From positions 62,001 through 126,000 of the forward strand of contig JAANOX010000218.1 in the NCBI GenBank assembly GCA_020184695.1: a stretch of DNA of 64,000 bases, read 5' to 3'. The stretch is from Histomonas meleagridis 2922-C6/04-290x. Taxonomy: Eukaryota; Protista; Parabasalia. The notes beneath the pieces are model-generated. The model was not told the DNA's origin and searched no databases. It worked only from the letters and a program-made list of their open reading frames with translations. Below are positions 61,331 through 64,000 of the stretch, in pieces (within the stretch, counting starts at the first letter, position 1; each line of letters begins with the position of its first letter). A program made the translations under genes and the position numbers.

Positions 61331-62968
61331 ATGGAGACACATCATGTGTTAAACTCATTTCATTTTTTTGGTATGTTCTTTCTTTTGGTAGAGACAATCT
61401 ACAGCATTTCAAAAGCTTATATCTTGCCAGGATATGCTTCTTGTGAGCCTTCTAATTATATGAATATCGATGAATATAAGATTAAAAAAATTGAGAATGA
61501 AACTTGTTCAATAATTGATGACCATCTTCGTCAATACCTTGATTGGGCAGAAACTAATGCTACATCTAATTATAAAAATGTATTTCCTGCAGGACCTACT
61601 GTTTCCATGTCTCAACTTGCTGGTAATTATAATTATATATTCGTCCAATCCAAGTTGAAAAACTTTGATCTTGATTTAACAAATTGTTTAAAGCAAATAT
61701 ATCAATTTGGTGATAAAGGTTTGGATGGCTTTAATTTAAATGTGAAATCTGATACGACTGATCTTTCGAATGAAATCCCTATTTTTTACTTCCATAATCG
61801 TATTAAACCACGATTCCAAGGAAAAGTCAAATATAACACAATTGAAATTCATGACTCAGCATCAGGACAATTTACTGCAAACAATCTTATTTCATCAAAT
61901 ATGGAAATATTAAATAATGATGACTTTACAGCAAGAAACAAATTCTACAAGCTAAAATATAATACTATTACCTTCGGAAATAATAAAATTACAGTTGATA
62001 ATGTCCAATTACCTGCAGGGGTCAATATTATGGTAAATCCTTATATATACCGAAGCCAAAATTTTCACTTGAAAATTGATAATGGTGTAACACAACTTGC
62101 TCCACTTTCAATATATTTTGATGATACTTACTATACGTTACAAAATTGTAAATTTGCAGATTATTTCAATACTTTATTTTATGCTAGAAATCACGTAAAC
62201 AGAGATGCAAAACTTACTATTTTACCAGAAGGTGATTGGACATCAGTATTAAGTGGCAGCGTTCAAATTGATTTGAAATTATATGCTACACCAGAAAATC
62301 AACAATTCATTGATTTACATAATATACATGGATTGAGACCTTCAATCCAGACAAGTCCTTTATTTAATATTACTACCCAAAATATTTTAGTAACTCCAAC
62401 AACTCCTATTACCCATGCAACATCTTCAACATCTACAACATCTAATTTACCTACAACATCTTCAGCATCTAATTTACCTACAACATCTACAACATCTAAT
62501 TTATCTACGACATCTTCAGCATCTACAACTCCTGCAACATCTAATTTATCTACGACATCTTCAACATCTACAACATCTTCAACATTTACAACATCTTCAA
62601 CATTTACAGCATCTTCAATATCTACTTCACCTGCAACATCTTCAACATTTACAACATCTTCAACATCTAATTTACCTACAACACCTACAACATCTTCAAC
62701 ATTTACAACATCTTCAACATTTACATCATCTTCAACATTTACAGCATCTTCAACATCTACTTCACCTGCAACATCTTCAACATTTACAACATCTTCAACA
62801 TCTAATTTACCTACAACACCTACAACATCTTCAACATTTACAACATCTTCAACATTTACATCATCTTCAACATTTACAGCATCTTCAACATCTACTTCAC
62901 CTGCAACATCTTCAACATTTACAGCATCTTCAACATCTAATTTACCTACAACACCTCAAATGGATTAA
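61331..62968 (+). CDS. Putative surface/secreted protein with S/T-rich repeat stalk, C-terminally truncated
   Basis: Globular N/Y/F-rich N-terminal region of about 350 aa, then a TSSTFT stalk ending abruptly (PTTPQMD*) without a TM helix. Confidence 0.65.
   Translation: METHHVLNSFHFFGMFFLLVETIYSISKAYILPGYASCEPSNYMNIDEYKIKKIENETCSIIDDHLRQYLDWAETNATSNYKNVFPAGPTVSMSQLAGNYNYIFVQSKLKNFDLDLTNCLKQIYQFGDKGLDGFNLNVKSDTTDLSNEIPIFYFHNRIKPRFQGKVKYNTIEIHDSASGQFTANNLISSNMEILNNDDFTARNKFYKLKYNTITFGNNKITVDNVQLPAGVNIMVNPYIYRSQNFHLKIDNGVTQLAPLSIYFDDTYYTLQNCKFADYFNTLFYARNHVNRDAKLTILPEGDWTSVLSGSVQIDLKLYATPENQQFIDLHNIHGLRPSIQTSPLFNITTQNILVTPTTPITHATSSTSTTSNLPTTSSASNLPTTSTTSNLSTTSSASTTPATSNLSTTSSTSTTSSTFTTSSTFTASSISTSPATSSTFTTSSTSNLPTTPTTSSTFTTSSTFTSSSTFTASSTSTSPATSSTFTTSSTSNLPTTPTTSSTFTTSSTFTSSSTFTASSTSTSPATSSTFTASSTSNLPTTPQMD
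62415..62957 (+). repeat. Coding minisatellite (ACATCTTCAACATTTACA-type units) with 135-nt higher-order repeat
   Basis: TCTACTTCACCTGCAAC recurs at 62621, 62756 and 62891. Confidence 0.95.
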
Positions 62969-63580
62969 AAATAAAATCGTTATTCCTTTTTTGATTTCTT
63001 TTTTGATTTTCTAAATTAAGTTAATTTTCATAACATAATAAAAAAAATCTTAAATTTGATATTTTTGCTATTTCATTTTCTTTGTTATTACAAAAAAAGT
63101 CAATCACATAAAATAACAAATATGGTACTTCCCAAATATAAATTGTTTCTTAATGTTAATTCTAATTTTTGATTATATTTTTTATTGTCAAAAATGTCAT
63201 TTATTTATAAAAATGTATACTAATCTATATTACTTTAGTGAATTATTGTTATGGTAAAAGAAGAGGAAACTTTCATTTGTAATATATAATTCTAATAAAA
63301 TTACAACTACTAAACAATCAATATTAAATAATATCATCAAAAAATATAATCATTGTCAACAATTAATTGTTTAATTAAATTTATTGTTAATGAATAATTT
63401 TCTGATATATTTTAACAGCATATATCAAAATATCCCTTTAACATATATATATAACAATCTATAATGCATTATTTTTTGTGATATAATTGTTAAATTATTT
63501 CGGCAACTTGATTCTATCTATTATATTTTTAAAAAGTTAATGATTAGAAACTATTGCCTCGAAATTATATTTTTTACAAT

Positions 63581-64000
63581 TGTAATGTCAAGGAATACTT
63601 CTATGTTAATGATCTTGGAGGTCAAATCGGTGTTACTGCATTAGGTTATGTCAGAATGAAGCATTTCCCAGAAGGCATGAAGATTGATCAATTAATCGGA
63701 TCTGTTTATGCCGTTATGAACACCTTTAATGAAGCACAAAAGAATGGCTTCAAGCTTTCAGAATTCAACAAGATTGTTTTCAACACCAAGCCAAAGGAAG
63801 AAGATGAAAAACAAGAAGAAAGCAAAGAAGCACCGAAAGAAAAGAAAGGTCCAAAGACAGAAGCTAAGACACTTACAGCTGAAGAGCAAGAAGCCCAACT
63901 TCAAGCCAAACGTGAAGATCTCATCCAAACAGGTGCATCCTTATATACAAGGTACCCAGAAATCTACACCGAACTTGCCAATGCATTCCGTGATGATGAA
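63581..64000 (+). pseudogene. 5'-truncated near-identical duplicate of ArgRS (copy of 58300-58719), runs off the window end
   Basis: Offset 5281 nt; only two differences seen (63584 and 63997); lacks the start codon, N-terminal domain and HIGH motif; in-frame TAG upstream at 63545. Confidence 0.85.

Overview
This is AT-rich, gene-dense eukaryotic DNA using the standard genetic code, most likely from a parabasalid (Tritrichomonas/Trichomonas-like). The assignment is an inference from a BspA LRR gene, an R2R3-Myb, DUF3447-type ankyrin genes, CCTTT (M5) motifs before both ribosomal-protein genes, stop codons embedded in TAAA, and near-absence of introns. Housekeeping content: XPO1-like, TMEM53-like, RPL10A, GT61-like, Myb, TBC-like, MCM3, tRNA-Val(AAC), 14-3-3-like, TRAPPC8-like, DRAM-like, VPS9-like, importin-4-like, VPS35-like, EF-hand, NOT1, RPS24, BTB and ArgRS. 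These are interspersed with stalked surface-protein genes and decayed or duplicated fragments (dyskerin, GBP-like, a 5'-truncated near-identical ArgRS copy). The stand-out signal is in two ankyrin loci 43 kb apart (4.2-6.1 kb and 48.1-49.8 kb). Every ankyrin repeat is cut at the same point of its beta-hairpin loop by a homologous, frame-breaking AT-rich insert of about 71 nt (8 copies, 170-nt period) that has no GT-AG ends and no parabasalid branch motif. Removing the inserts gives 99-nt, 33-aa ankyrin 'exons', suggesting a non-canonical intron or RNA-excision system. Protein identities come from motif recognition by eye, no searches were run, and several supplied ORF starts are TTG/GTG and were trimmed to the first plausible ATG.
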